In this document: in pieces, positions 1 through 13,513 of the stretch
How the letters are laid out: the number at the start of each line of letters is the position of its first letter
Numbering within the stretch: position 1 is the stretch's first letter
Assembly: GCA_951406725.2 (NCBI GenBank)
Contig: OX597820.1
Location: 64,604,001 to 64,668,000, forward strand
Origin: Octopus vulgaris
Lineage: Eukaryota
DNA length: 64,000 bases
Reading direction: 5' to 3'
Made by a program: the position numbers and the translations under genes
Notes under the pieces: model-generated
What the model was told of the DNA's origin: nothing
Database searches by the model: none
What the model saw: only the letters and a program-made list of their open reading frames with translations

Positions 1-3000
1 TATGTATGTATATATGTATGTATGTACGTGTGTGTGTGTGATTGTGTATGTATGTATGTATGTATATTTATGTGTATGTATACATTACAAAATTGCTATA
101 ATGAAGTTTTTTTATATATATATATATTTCACCAAAAATATTCTTGCTGCGAAAACAAGTTCACTAATTATTACAATGTCTCTCTGGCAAAACGTTCGTG
201 GATATTGAAATTACTGCAATTTCAGACATTGATGATATTCGTCATGATTTGCATAACTTCGCTCGCTGGGTTACCAGGAATAAATTACTTCCGACTTCAT
301 GTAGAAAACTAAAAGACCTCGTGCGATGTTATACATGGAACTTCATACAACCATGAATTATTCATTCTCCGCAAGATCGTTACTACAGTTCATCAAATAC
401 CGTCGAACGCATAATGATGGCCTACAATTTCACACGGTATCTTCTCCACAATGCCTAAATCTGTTAGGAACTGGTAAAAACAAAACAAAAAATCTCTCTA
501 TATTCCTGCCCTAACATGTTATAAAAAAAAAGGTCACTGGATACTGATATAGTGCTAAGGTGGTGAAAAAGTTAAGATGGCAGTTTCATGACGAGTGCAT
601 TCAGTCAATAGACCGCCCGTTCTGAATTGCAGATCAAGACTATTCTAACACTGTAATAGTTTCGATACACAGGTAATGCCAAAAATATTCTAACACTTTA
701 ATAGTCTCTATACATAGACAATGTCATGAATGTAGCATGAGATTAGATTTATAATCTACTAAATATTGTTTACTAAATGTATATCCTTGATTTCCAATCC
801 TGTACAAGGGAACTTCGCCTGTCATCATTCACGGGCCTGATTTCATTTTTTAAGTAGATGCTCAGCGCTTATCATCACGATCCTAAAGACCCATATGATC
901 TTGTATTTGACTTGTATTTCGAGCCAGATGAGCGATCAATCTTTGGTTATCTCATTCATTTGTCTGCTTTTGGTATTGCCAATTTTTGGCATTGCCATCG
1001 ATGATGTTGTCATTGTTTCTCCTGTTGTCAATGTTCTCTTAAACCGTATCCCATGCTAAAGAAGGACACAGAAGATATTATACTCCTAGATATTCTGCAT
1101 TTCTTCTGTGTTCTCTCTTTAAATGGTGTTTGCACTTTAGAGAAAACGTGTGTGAGAGAGAGAGAGAGAGAGAGAGGCAAAGAGAGATAGAGAGAGAGCG
1201 AGTGAGTTCGTGTATGTGTAAGTGAAGGAGAGTATACACGGGTTGCATAGAACTCTGAACGTAAAGAGACGGAAATGTTGCAGGTGAGATTTTCCAAACA
1301 GTCTAACGATTCGGCTAATCCACGTTGCTCTATAGTCTTCAATATATTGTACCTTAAATAAACAAAGACGAATGATACGGCAAGACTGACCGGGGGCGAT
1401 ATAATGCAGAACAATAGCGACAGTAACATCTAAAGTATATACGACTATTTGCTATAAATAGAAGCTAAATCTCCTTCAAAACATCCACTGCCGTGTTAAT
1501 AGTAGCCTATAATATTTTGAAGGGTTTGAAGTGTTGAATAAAACTGCTCGAATATTCTTGCAATTATGGCACAAGATTAAACCCAGCAGTTTACTGGTAC
1601 TTTATTTTATCTAGTTCAGAAGGACGGCAGGCAAACTTGAACTCGATAATATTTTCTTGAATCGAATGCCCCGAAACGTTCAACACTCACATGATTCTAT
1701 GATCTTATAATAATAGTGATAAGTACAATACTATACATTCTTACTTAAGGCGTAGCCGGTGCAATTGGAACAAATATTTTGGAGGTAATAACTAGAAGGA
1801 TGAAAGCAATGTTGATACATTTATCTAGTTATTGCACGCACTCATAGTATTCATATAAAAATAATTTCTAATATACGTGCAAGGTGAAGAAATTTTGAAA
1901 TAATCTTGCATTACCGACCTATGCATATTTTGAGGAATTCCGGAATGAACAAAGGCAAAACCAACGCAAGAAATATTGGGAAGTCAGATCATAAAGGAGC
2001 TTGAGTATAAATATTTCGCATGATATTTTACATGACTCTCTAGCGATTCTAGTAAAACATCAGACACAACTAACACTGTAGCTGCGTTAGCACTGCAACA
2101 ATACAAGCAAGATAAACCAAAAAAAAAAAAACCCCAAAAACAAACAAACAACACGACGCACACAACATAAACAAGAAAACACAGTCAAAAACAGTTGGCA
2201 TCAACAATAAATATAATAATATATAAAAATCATAAAACATCGTGTTGAATCGCTCACTTGATTCAAAAGTAAATTACTGAATTACACAACAGAAGACATA
2301 TGTCAAACATTATGTTAAACATTTGTAATTTATTCACTGTCGAGCGAGCGGTAAAGAGGCGGAGTGCGAGAAAGGATAGCGAGATATACATTATCAGCCA
2401 TTTTAAAAATTGGGGATAAGTCCCTTACTTCAACATGTTTTATGGCGGTGTTGGCTTCAGAAGTAGGAATGGCAGGAATAAATAACTATGTTGTTAGCTG
2501 TGGCGGAGGATAGTTTTACTCCTTGTTTTAAATCATCTAAATTTACTTCAATTTTTATTTTCTTGTTTTCGGTGTTTTTTTTTTTTTCTCTTTTACTTTT
2601 AAAAGCAAAATTACATTTCTGTTCTTGCCTCTCCTGTATGATGATATAGGGCGCGTCTGATTCAGTTAGCTGGTGGATGGCATATTTCGTTTGTTTTTTT
2701 ATTTCTTTATTTTCGAAAGCATGATTATGTTTACGCAATAGTAAAAAAAAAAAAAAAAGATATGGAAACCTGGAAAACGGGAACAAACATATAAAATAAA
2801 TTGCTACAAAAACAGAAAAAAATACGCACCGCTAACACTGCAACAGCAACACAAAAACAACAATAGCAACCCAAACCAAAGAAAATGTTAAATTTAAAGT
2901 ATTACCAGATGGAATGAATTATCCAGACTATTTCATTTCAAACATGTTAAATTTTTAAGTTCTAAAGACTTACAATAAAGCAAAAATATAAAACAAAATA

Positions 3001-3263
3001 TGCTTCCTATGTTACCTATAATGTATCGTGGCAGTACCAAAAATGCTTTCTGGTATTTCCCTTGGTTCCTTATGATACGTGTTCAAATCCCATTAAGTCA
3101 TCTCTTCATTTTCGCTAAAATACTTTGCCGATTAAGTATTTTGACCAATGTTTGTGACAATTCCCTCGACTCAAAACTGCTAAATATGGGGTAAAACTAG
3201 AAAACACTATACATACATACATATATATATGTGTATGCATGTATGTATGTATGTATGTATGCA

Positions 3264-3336
3264 TGTAGGTAGGTAGGTAGGTAGGTAGGTAGGTAGGTAG
3301 GTAGGTAGGTAGGTAGGTAGGTAGGTAGGTAGGTAG
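3264..3336. repeat. (GTAG)n tetranucleotide microsatellite
   Basis: Perfect GTAG run directly upstream of a SINE head. Confidence 0.95.
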
Positions 3337-3339
3337 CTA

Positions 3340-3474
3340 GGCGCAGGAGAGGCTGTGTGATAGGAAGCTTCCTTCCCAAGTATCATGGTCCCGGGTTCAG
3401 ACCCAACGTGTAGCTTCTTGACTAAGTATCTTGTGAGTGGATTTGGTTGAAGCAAATTAAAAGAAGCCCGTCGT

Positions 3475-3478
<4 letters not shown>
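3340..3478 (+). mobile_element. tRNA-derived SINE family B, 5' part, ending in (TA)n
   Basis: ggcgcaggagaggctgtgtgataggaagcttc...ccgggttcagaccc...gtgagtggatttggt...aagaagcccgtcgta matches the 5' half of the copies at 38700 and 45108. Confidence 0.8.
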
Positions 3479-3531
<53 letters not shown>

Positions 3532-3586
3532 CATGAATATATATAGATACGAAAACTATATATATATGTATATATGCATATATATA

Positions 3587-3621
<35 letters not shown>

Positions 3622-4039
3622 CATATATATATGTATATGCAGAGAGAGAGAGAGTGAGAGAGAGAGAGAGGGAGAGCACCCATTCTTAAAATCATCTGTA
3701 CCTTTAAATTATTCTGCACAATATACAAGCTTAGTAACTTTATTAATCGACAGTTATGCTTCACAACTGGTGACTGGGTACCTGACAGTTATCAACTATG
3801 AAGCACAACACTTTATTATCACTACTGCTGCATTATTCTGAAGATTGCAGAAAGTATGAAAGTATTTGTTTAATTATTATTACAGGTCTACTAGTCTTAT
3901 AGGGGGAGCAGTGAAGTGATATGCTATGTTCATATCTTTTTACCAAGACAGTGAAGATTTTCTCCACAGTACCTTCTGTGAATTTTCATTTCGAAGGTAA
4001 ATTATGCTACAATCATAACTTAAACTTCAGATATATACA

Positions 4040-4075
<36 letters not shown>

Positions 4076-4195
4076 GCGCATGGTTCCGGGTTCAGTGCCA
4101 CTGCATAGCACCTTGGGCAAGTGTTTCTACCATGATATCAGGTCGTATATATCTTAATATATATGTATATATTTGTGCCCTCCATCATCGCTGTT

Positions 4196-4405
4196 TGTCC
4201 ACGACCACCGCTGTGTTCTAAAGCAAAGGCAAATTCCAATACAGCTTGGCACCGGTGACTTTGAATCTCATTCCCAATTCCTACAGCTGAATGAACTGGA
4301 GAAATGTATGTATGTTGTATTCTTGCTCAAAAATACAACATAAATTCCAATCCGGAAATCGAACTCTCATCCTCACCATTTTAATCACTGAGCCATGCAC
4401 TTTCA
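4196..4405 (-). mobile_element. tRNA-derived SINE family C, degenerate copy
   Basis: Reverse complement gives gtgaaagtgcatggctcagtg...gagttcgatttccgga...ttgagcaag...ggtgccaagctgtatt, matching the copy at 40564. Confidence 0.7.
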
Positions 4406-4792
4406 CATTGAGTGGTTCTGTCAAAATTACTGGAGTTGTTCAATATTTATAAACCATTACATTTGCATGCATATTTGTGTACTTCTGTGAGAAATTTTAT
4501 ACTAGACTATATATATACATGTATATGCCCGTGTGAGAGTGTGAGCTTCTCTGCATAAGCATATGGCATGTGCAAATATTTGATATATGACTAAATAGAA
4601 AGGACCACCGTGTCATCTGTAAACACAGTATGTGGTGCATTCTGAGTGATTTAACGAGGCGTTCAAGTAGTGTAACAAACGGAAAGTAATGTCGTATGTT
4701 TGTATTTATGTAAGGGTGATATGATTGTAAGCATATTTACAAATGTATGTATGTATATATATATATATATATATATATAGACGTTTAAATAT

Positions 4793-4823
<31 letters not shown>

Positions 4824-4982
4824 TGTATATGTGCATGTGTCTGTTTGAGTAGGTTTGTTTGTGTGTCAATGGGTGGGTGTCTACACATTTATCATACAAA
4901 CACACACATATATATATCTCTCTCTATCTCTATCTCTCTCTCTCTATATATATATATATACATATATAAATATATATATATA

Positions 4983-5021
<39 letters not shown>

Positions 5022-5151
5022 ACTTCTTGATGTCCATATATATATATGTATATTCATTCACATGTATACCTATTCAGATAAACAACATATAAATATATAT
5101 ATATACATGTACATATATTCATTCGTATATATAGGTAAGTATATGTTTGTG

Positions 5152-5191
<40 letters not shown>

Positions 5192-6669
5192 CGTGTGTGT
5201 GTGTGTGTGTGTCTGTGTCTGTGTCTGTGTGTGGGTGTGTACGTATGTGACTGTGTGTGTTTGTGTGTACCTGTGCACATGTATAGGGTATATATATTTT
5301 GCGAGAACTATTTAAGGACATATTTTGTAACCTAATAAAAGAACGCTATCTACCAAACTGAATCTATTTCAATAAAATGTAGTGCGCATATAGTAGATAC
5401 ACTTCCATAAAAGATTATTTCATGAGTTCTTGTTTTGTTTCGACGACTGCATTAATGCTGTATTTCTCTACATCATTAAAACCTTCGACATTCATGCACT
5501 AAATGCATCTTATATAGAACAGACAGCTCCTCGACAACAACAGATTTCATAGAAGATACAGTATACTGAGGATTTCAATAAGTCAGCGTTTCAATAAGCC
5601 TCTAATTGTAGCAGTACATTGGATATAAATTCGATCACAATGGCGGCTACAATTTTCTTGTTACATGTCCGTAAAAGTTTACTGCTATACTTTCTTGGGT
5701 TACATGGGTGTTGTTAGAATCACGTTTGGCCCCACATTGCATACTTTATCTATCCCGGGCTTAATAACTACCTCCAGCAACTCAGCGAATCAGTAGCATT
5801 AATTCTAAGACCACGTGAAAATGTGTCAGTTGAAATTACAGACCTTCTTTACTCACCATTCCTAAAACATCAAGCTGTTGGGAACTTAGTGACCATCACT
5901 CTGTTGACATCAAATGGATCTGCACATAGCCATCTGTTATTTCTTCTGTTACAATTATGTCCTTAGTCGAATATTTTCTCAACAGTGAAAAAACAAAGTA
6001 TACCATGCTCGCGAAAGTTTTCAGCTTTGATATATAACTGCTTTACACGTATCAAAAGGTTTTCCGGTGTCTTTGCAAACATGAATTGGACTCTTATAAA
6101 TATATACGATGCTTAATGTGGCGAGCCGACAGAGTCTTTAGCATACTGGGAAAAACTGTGAGAAGCATTTTGTCCGTTTTTACATCCTGAGTTCAACTTT
6201 CATCGAGGTTGATCAATAATGCTCTGATACTTTGGATATGTCCCGTCCATTGTTTGGAGATGTTGATTCAACCGTGTCAGCCAAACATTGTCACTTGATA
6301 GCCACACACGGACGTGACGAGGAATCTACAAACATTTCTAAGACCAGTCACGTGACTATCCTCTACCAAACAAATTTTCAAAATATACGAGTTTGAGCCT
6401 TGAACTCCCTATAAAAATAAGGTAAGCTTCAAACACTAGTCAGAAGGAAGACAGCGGTGACATAAGCCACGTCTTTATATTTGAACTTCTTGAACATAAG
6501 TTTTAAGAGTGAAACCGGTGAAAGCTTTAAATATATTGATAAAAATATTTTAACTACCTTAGTGCATTTTCAACTTCTATATTCCCTATCACCCTACCGA
6601 TGTGGAATAAAATAACTTAGTTTTATATACATACATATCTATATACATACTTATATATGGATATACATA

Positions 6670-6729
<60 letters not shown>

Positions 6730-6830
6730 AAGATAGATAGATAAACTTAGATATGTTTCGACCAAAGATTGGTCCAGGCCATGTCTAACTTCATAGCACC
6801 ACCTGATTTAAAATATCAGTGCCCCGGGCA

Positions 6831-6873
6831 TAGATAGATAGATAGATAAATAGACAGATAGAGATAGATAGAT

Positions 6874-6953
<80 letters not shown>
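6831..6953. repeat. (GATA)n microsatellite
   Basis: Long GATA run abutting the truncated end of the Penelope-like fragment. Confidence 0.95.
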
Positions 6954-6954
6954 G

Positions 6955-7645
6955 TGACAATGTAAATATCGCTTTCCTAATGGTTTTAAACCAGTCAGCG
7001 ATTTCTATGCTATTAGATCATTGGACTAATCTAGTAGCAATTCTGACTTTCACATTGATATTTCCTAAAATTTCTTTATTAATAATACCAATTACTGATT
7101 TTGGTGGGTTAATAAGTTTACATTTAGGATTAGATAGGAAGTTCTTTTTCTGATCTTTAATAGTTATAAAGACCTCTGTTTGGGGGAGGACCTCAATTTT
7201 TTTCTCTAATTTAAGCCTAGCGGCTATGATGCTAGCTTCTTTACTATTGTCGTTATAAACTTGTGGCTTTGCTTTAGTGTAATTATTAATAGTGTTGTTA
7301 TGTAGCAGACGGGAGTATGTGCTGCTTTCTATAAGTTATAAATTCTTGGTTTTATCAGAAAAAAGTGTCGTTTTTTAAAAACTTTTTAATGCATTTAATG
7401 TAATTTTTCAGTTTCAGTTGGAAAGTGTTAAAAGTCTTACGAAGTCTTCTTGGTCCTTGATTTTACGAAATAATTTCTTTGATTTTTTCCCCATAAAATA
7501 TGTTCTCTGTACTAGCCTTTTCCATGTTGTAAAAGAAGAATTTCCATCTCATACACTTAATAATGTCTGTAATTTTCTCCACAAGTTTCCCTGGAGGTTA
7601 TAGGTATGTTTTTCATAGAATAATCGATAGTGTAGGCGTCCATAC
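6955..7645 (-). mobile_element. Penelope-like element (Naiad-type) N-terminal/reverse transcriptase relic, pseudogenised
   Basis: Minus-strand translation with frameshifts: MDAYTIDYSMKNIPI...IIKCMRWKFFFY...SDKTKNL*LIESSTYSRLLHNN...EVFITIKDQKKNFLSNPKCKLINPPKSVIGIINKEILGNIN...[14 protein letters not shown]. These match recalled PLE motifs YSxKNIP, RMRWKAFF, ADKT, FITLKDHK, PKCRLINPAKS and QW..VIDWF. Clade assignment is from memory. Confidence 0.85.
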
Positions 7646-7998
7646 TAAATTCTTCTGCGGGGAAGCGACTTAACCGATTTAAGGCAATTTTGCAAGCCAA
7701 GCTGTATAAACTTCAAGAGAAAAAGCTGCGGTATATGGGAGGTAATTTATTAATAATAATATGACACAATAATATATAAAATAGAGGAATTTATCCATAA
7801 ATATAATGTCACATGTTATATTTATAGATAAATTTCTCCATGTTATAATATTGAGGCCTACGGCTCAATCTATTGAGCGATTAAACTAAAGTATTAAAGT
7901 AGAAAGAGACAAAGAGAAAAATCAATAAAATTCACATGAAATAAAGACAACGCAGTAGAAAAGAGTAATAATACTCCTAAACCATTTGTCCTATTTCC

Positions 7999-8044
7999 CA
8001 ACTGTGAGGCTTCAATGCTAGATGGGGTCGAAACAGTTGTAGTG
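7999..8044 (+). ncRNA. Degenerate minimal hammerhead ribozyme in a Penelope-like pseudo-LTR
   Basis: CTGTGA (one base short of CTGATGA), stem II ggcttca/tggggtc, then GAAA-CAGTTG-TA; opposite orientation to the adjacent PLE ORF. Confidence 0.5.
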
Positions 8045-8167
8045 ATCAATAAACATCTTTTATCTTCCGTCTTCCGTCTCTCCGTTAAACCAAACGAACA
8101 CTGAAAGTAAACGTGACTTGCCGGTAAGCTACCAAGTGTGTATCTTACTATTCATTATCTAATAATG

Positions 8168-8203
<36 letters not shown>

Positions 8204-9354
8204 GATCCTTTTATTTCTTTTACCTGATTCAGTCATTTGACTGCGACCATGTTGGAGCAATATGTATATATATGTTGGAACAATATATATATATATATTG
8301 CATGAACCACATCAACGTATTGTTGTTTTTCTTGTCTTTTTCCTCATTTTTGTTAACTATATATATGTAAATACATACATACATACATACACACTCACAC
8401 ACATATATATATACACACACATATATATATACGTATGTATATATATAAATACACATATAGAGAAATAAATATATGTATATGTTTATATATATATATATAT
8501 ATATATATACATAGATAGATATAAATAAAATATATATATATATATATATATGGGGAGGTGAATATCTGTATCTCTTAGTAAGTAAAACCATTTTCCTGAA
8601 AATTCAAATAATCTTTTAAAAAAGTGTCAGTAAGTTAAGAAATTGTAGAATTCAACAACGAAAAAACTACTGCTAAGTTTCCCAAGAAGTGTGATATCAA
8701 TAATGCATTATATGGTGCGAAACATGGACTGACTTATGAAAAAAATTCGAAAGTATCGAAGATACCAGACGCGAAGTAGTATTTCAAAGTTTCCAATACG
8801 GCACAAGTAAAAATACAAATCAAAGTTTAGAAGATAACAAATATAGGAAATAAAGGAAAAACAGCGAAGTATCTTTGTATTTATTCACTACTTCGAATAT
8901 CCCGATGGAAATCACATTGCTAGTATTCAATAATTGTTTTTATTTTTATGTTTATCAGAGTTATTTCCGTTTGTTTTTATTTTAGTAAGGGTAAGTTTTT
9001 AAATTTCAAATATGACTTCATTTTTTAAGTGAAGCTTCTTAACCAAAAATTTGAAAGTTATGAAAATGGCAAGAATTATTTACATGAATTTTAATATTAA
9101 CTTTTCATTTAAATATACTCATTTTTTCTCTATCTGAAATATCCGTCTCAAAATTAGGGTGTGTGTTATACACTCATTGAAAGATATATAAGTAGGTTTG
9201 ATAGACAGGTAGATAACTAGATAGATAGCAGTCACACACAAAAACAGAATGACAGATAGTTACATAGATAGATAAACAGAAAGATTGTCAGACAGATACG
9301 ACAGGCAGTTAGATTATATACATATACATAAATGCATGCAAACATGTATCTACA

Positions 9355-9515
9355 CAAATGGATTCTCTGTTTCCGTCTACCAAATCTACTGAAAAGTCTA
9401 TGGTCGACCCGATGCTATAGTAGAAGACACTTGCTCACTGTTGGACTCAGTAGGTCTAAAACCAGAATCATACAGGTAAGAAGCAAACTTCTTACCTCAC
9501 ACCTTCGCCTGAACC
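9355..9515 (-). mobile_element. SINE family B, 5' part
   Basis: tttccgtctaccaaatc...tatagtagaagacacttgc is the reverse complement of the family B body. Confidence 0.75.
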
Positions 9516-9676
9516 TATAATATATGTTTATATAAATATGTATATGTGTGTGTGTGTATAACAGGTTCACAAAGCTCTACTTGGCATAAAGTTTGTTGAG
9601 CACATAAGACGGGTCCATCTCATCACACAGACAGACGCACAAACAGAAAAACAGCCAGACAGGAAGACAAGGAGAC

Positions 9677-9767
<91 letters not shown>
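9677..9767. repeat. (GATA)n microsatellite
   Basis: Perfect run. Confidence 0.95.
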
Positions 9768-10168
9768 TAATTCCAACAGACGGACAGATAGAAAGACAGT
9801 CATCTGATGAGCTGGATGCATTATACGCATCAAAGAAACTTTGAGTTATGTAACACTGAGTAGAACTATTAGTGAAATATATGTAACTGCTTCCAACGTG
9901 TTGAGTGCTAGTTGCTTTAATTTCCCCACTCACCCTGGTTTCCTCGCACATTACTGAGTGATACCCGTAACAAGTAAACGAATGAGTAGAAAAACCTTGC
10001 TGGATGCGCTAAAGGAGTCTATTTCATCGACACCAAGTTGATATCTGTGAAAACTGATCTTGTTAAGACTTAATGGCTCGAAGAACTTAGAGATACTACT
10101 GAACTCAGAATGTCAATTTTTATTGTTAATCTTGCGATTCCGCTCATTACGAATTATTTCTAACATAA

Positions 10169-10720
10169 GGCGGCGAGCTGGCAGAAACGTTAGCACGCCG
10201 GGCGAAATGCTTAGCCGTATTTCGTCTGCCGTTACGTTCTGAGTTCAAATTCCGCTGAGGTCGACTTTGCCTTTCATCCTTTCGGGGTCGATAAATTAAG
10301 TACCAGTTACGCACTAGGGTCGATATAATCGAATTAATGCGTTTGTCTCTCCTTGTCTGTCCTCTCTCTGTTTAGCCCCTTGTGGGTAGTAAAGAAATAT
10401 GTATTTTATCTGCCGCTATATTCTGAGTTCAAATTCCGCCGAGGTCGACTTTGCCTTTCATTCTTTCGGGGTCGATTAAATAAGTACCAGCTACGCACTG
10501 GGGTCGATAGAATCAACTTAATCCGTTTGTCTGTCCTTGTTTGTCCTATCTGAGTTTAGCCACCTGTGGGTAGTAAGGAAATGGGTATTTTGTCTGTCTT
10601 TAATATCTGAGTTCAAATTCCGCCGGAGTCGATAAAATAAGAGATAGTTGAGCACTGGGGTTGATTTAATCGACTTAGCTCCATCCCCGAAAACTCCTGG
10701 TTTTGTTTCAAAATTTAATG
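10169..10720 (+). mobile_element. tRNA-derived SINE family A with internally triplicated B-box/core module
   Basis: Head ggcggcgagctggcagaaacgttagc (A box); tctgagttcaaattccgc (B box) at ~10239, ~10423 and ~10607; core gcctttcatcctttcggggtcgataaattaagtacc repeated. Confidence 0.9.
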
Positions 10721-10971
10721 CTAATAAATATTTCCAATGTAGGCTCAAGGTTACAGATTTTGAGAACTGGGTATAGATGATTGCATGAAATGTTGTAGTT
10801 ATATATTAATTCGTTCCATCGACCTCGAAGTGATAAAAGTCAAAGTTTACTCTGGTGGAGTTTGAACTGAAAATCGAAAGAGACGTAATTAATCACTGGA
10901 AGAAATTTTCTTGTTACCACGTTTATTCCTTAAGAAACAATAAAAAAAAATCAGTTGAAGAGCAAGCGTAT

Positions 10972-11012
<41 letters not shown>

Positions 11013-12377
11013 TTCCGAGCGGGATCCAAGGGTTCTGTTAAAACGTGACGTCTTATGAAAGAAAAAATATCTTAAGAAGCATTTCAGCTTGATCATCCTA
11101 AAACGTGTGCAAAAATTATTCATGAAGAAATCGCCGTTCAGATACAATAATTGTCCTCAACGTTAAACCAAACACTTCAGCCAAACATAAAAAATGGCAG
11201 CAAATATAAATTTTTAAAAATCACGACTTGTGTTCAAGTACTTGACAAATGCACATAAAATATTTGCAAACCTTTTCATTGGATACTTTATTTTAATTAT
11301 TATTGTGCAAGAAGGGAAGTCAAGATGATGATTTCTCTTTTTGGGAAGAATGAATGCATCAACAGCTTAATCTGAAAAAAACCCACCATCTCTATCGAAT
11401 ATAGTTAACTTCTGAAATAATGTCGTGCAGAATAAATGTTTACCTGAGCGGGAGTGATGTATTATGAAGTAAACTGAAATAAATCAAAACCTTGATAGCA
11501 GACCATCTCCAGTGCTTTCTTTAGCTCCGTTGCCAAACATTTGGTTTCCGTTCACTTAATCTACTTTTTTCTGATCACTTTAAATTTATGTCAGCTCCAA
11601 CGTTAACCATGTCGATATCTCGGTGCTCTGTTTCTTATTGCAGCAACCTAACGGTCGTAGTTTCTTCGCTTCTTGTCTTCCCCACTTCGCTGTCGCCAAT
11701 ATTTAAGGCATTGTAAGGCCGTAGATCCTACAAGCTGCTTTTCTACCACTAACAAAGCCAACAATTCTACATTATGACTGTAATATGGTATAAATAAATG
11801 TATTACCAAAGATAGAAGAGAGAGTAAACGAAACTTAAGCATCGTATAGATCAGGCGTGGAGGTTCCTTATAACTATGAAAGACTGCACTGAATGAATCA
11901 AATTCCTCCCGACAACACCGCATTTCACAAACATTTTATATTGCCCAATCCATTAACTTATAAAATATTTATCATTAGATTTATCATTATAAAATATAGT
12001 TATATATAAAACTGTAGAGAGGTGAAGATTTGTAACATGGACACCTACTGTATTTCTTTAGAGTTTGTCGAAAATTTCCCCTAGATTTCTATGCTCTAAA
12101 CCTAGCTGTAATTACATCTATAAAGTAATTATTACTTTTCACAATTAGTTACAACGTGGATAAAGAAATAAAATAGGTTTTCCTAAAAAAATAATTTGTT
12201 TTAAAATCTGTCTATTCACTTACTTAAAATAAAACTAAAACAGCATAAATGTATTTAATACAATAAATGTTTCTTAAAACGATTTAATTCTTTCAGAACG
12301 CTGCAGGTTCTCGAAACTAATTTTTATTGACTAATGACTGACTATTTCAGATGGACTTTTGTTAAAGCACCGAGTGA

Positions 12378-12528
12378 CACTGGCGTAGCTGGGGTCCACC
12401 CCGAGCAGCAACTTTAAATTGGCGGCACATTTGGGTCTGATATAGGAAATATATGTTTCTTTTGTAGGGTCTGCGGGCAGCAAATGAAAAGGCCGGTCCG
12501 GGCGGCACGCACTCTAGCTACGATAGTA
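12378..12528. mobile_element. hAT-like MITE (151 bp)
   Basis: Imperfect TIRs cactggcgtagct / agctacgatagta; flanking 8-bp direct repeats CCGAGTGA (12370-12377) and CCGAGTAA (12529-12536). Confidence 0.6.
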
Positions 12529-12896
12529 CCGAGTAATCAATCAGAAAGCTGCAAGTAAGTCTTCCGTGAATAGTGCCGTCTTAGGCATATCACTAAAACA
12601 TTAAGATACAAGTATCCCGGTAGATATGTCAAACGATGCGATTTAGTGTCTGTTACTCTTTCAGACTTATTAGATAGAAGGAGCTAACGTGATCTTTTGA
12701 TCTTCGTAGGTTAAATTTCTGCAGAAGAAACGATACTGTAGTGCAACATACAAGTCTGTTATGATTTCAACGGAATAGACTGCTCTAAAGTACGTCAAAG
12801 ATCTATAATAGAAATTACGGCACGGTAATGGCTTATAGGAGGCTCACAAATAAACTAAATCGCTGAGCTAAAAATTAACAGTCAGTGTATTGAATG

Positions 12897-12977
<81 letters not shown>

Positions 12978-13403
12978 TGGAGATTCAGATATTCTCTGTA
13001 TAGAAGACACTTTGAATTCTGCATTTAGAAATGTAAGATCTTCTCTACCCTGATGGTGGAAGCTCGTCTCATCGTATGTTAAATGCACACACATGGCCAC
13101 ATTTTGTGATGGAATAAATTTAGCAACATTATTATGGATCATCGAACGAGTAGAAACAGCTGTTGGACTTATAATACTCATATTCCAACCCTTTGATTTC
13201 CTATGTCGTTTGTACTCAGTGTAAGTTGGACATATTAATATAAATATATATATTCCTACAAATAGATTCATCATTCATCATCTGAAGTTTCCAGCCTTTG
13301 CTTTCTCTCGGTTTACATGTATACATATATGCATATTGTATATTTGACGTGTTTAATATATTTAATATCTTTGATGTATCTAATTTGCTTACCCCCATAA
13401 TTG

Positions 13404-13513
<110 letters not shown>

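Noticed and set aside
1028-1429. 133-aa minus-strand ORF with a hydrophobic N-terminus
   Set aside because: It runs through a (GA)n repeat and shows no recognisable domain
6955-7645. In-frame TGA as selenocysteine (reported for some Naiad PLEs)
   Set aside because: The TGA falls at a conserved Trp position (QW), TAA stops and frameshifts are also present, and no SECIS was recognised
9135-9190. Pogo/Tigger-like terminus aaaattagggtgtgtgttatacac
   Set aside because: No matching opposite end or transposase remnant identified
10169-10720. Regularly spaced direct repeats suggestive of a CRISPR array
   Set aside because: The intervening segments are homologous SINE modules rather than unique spacers; eukaryotic context with no cas genes
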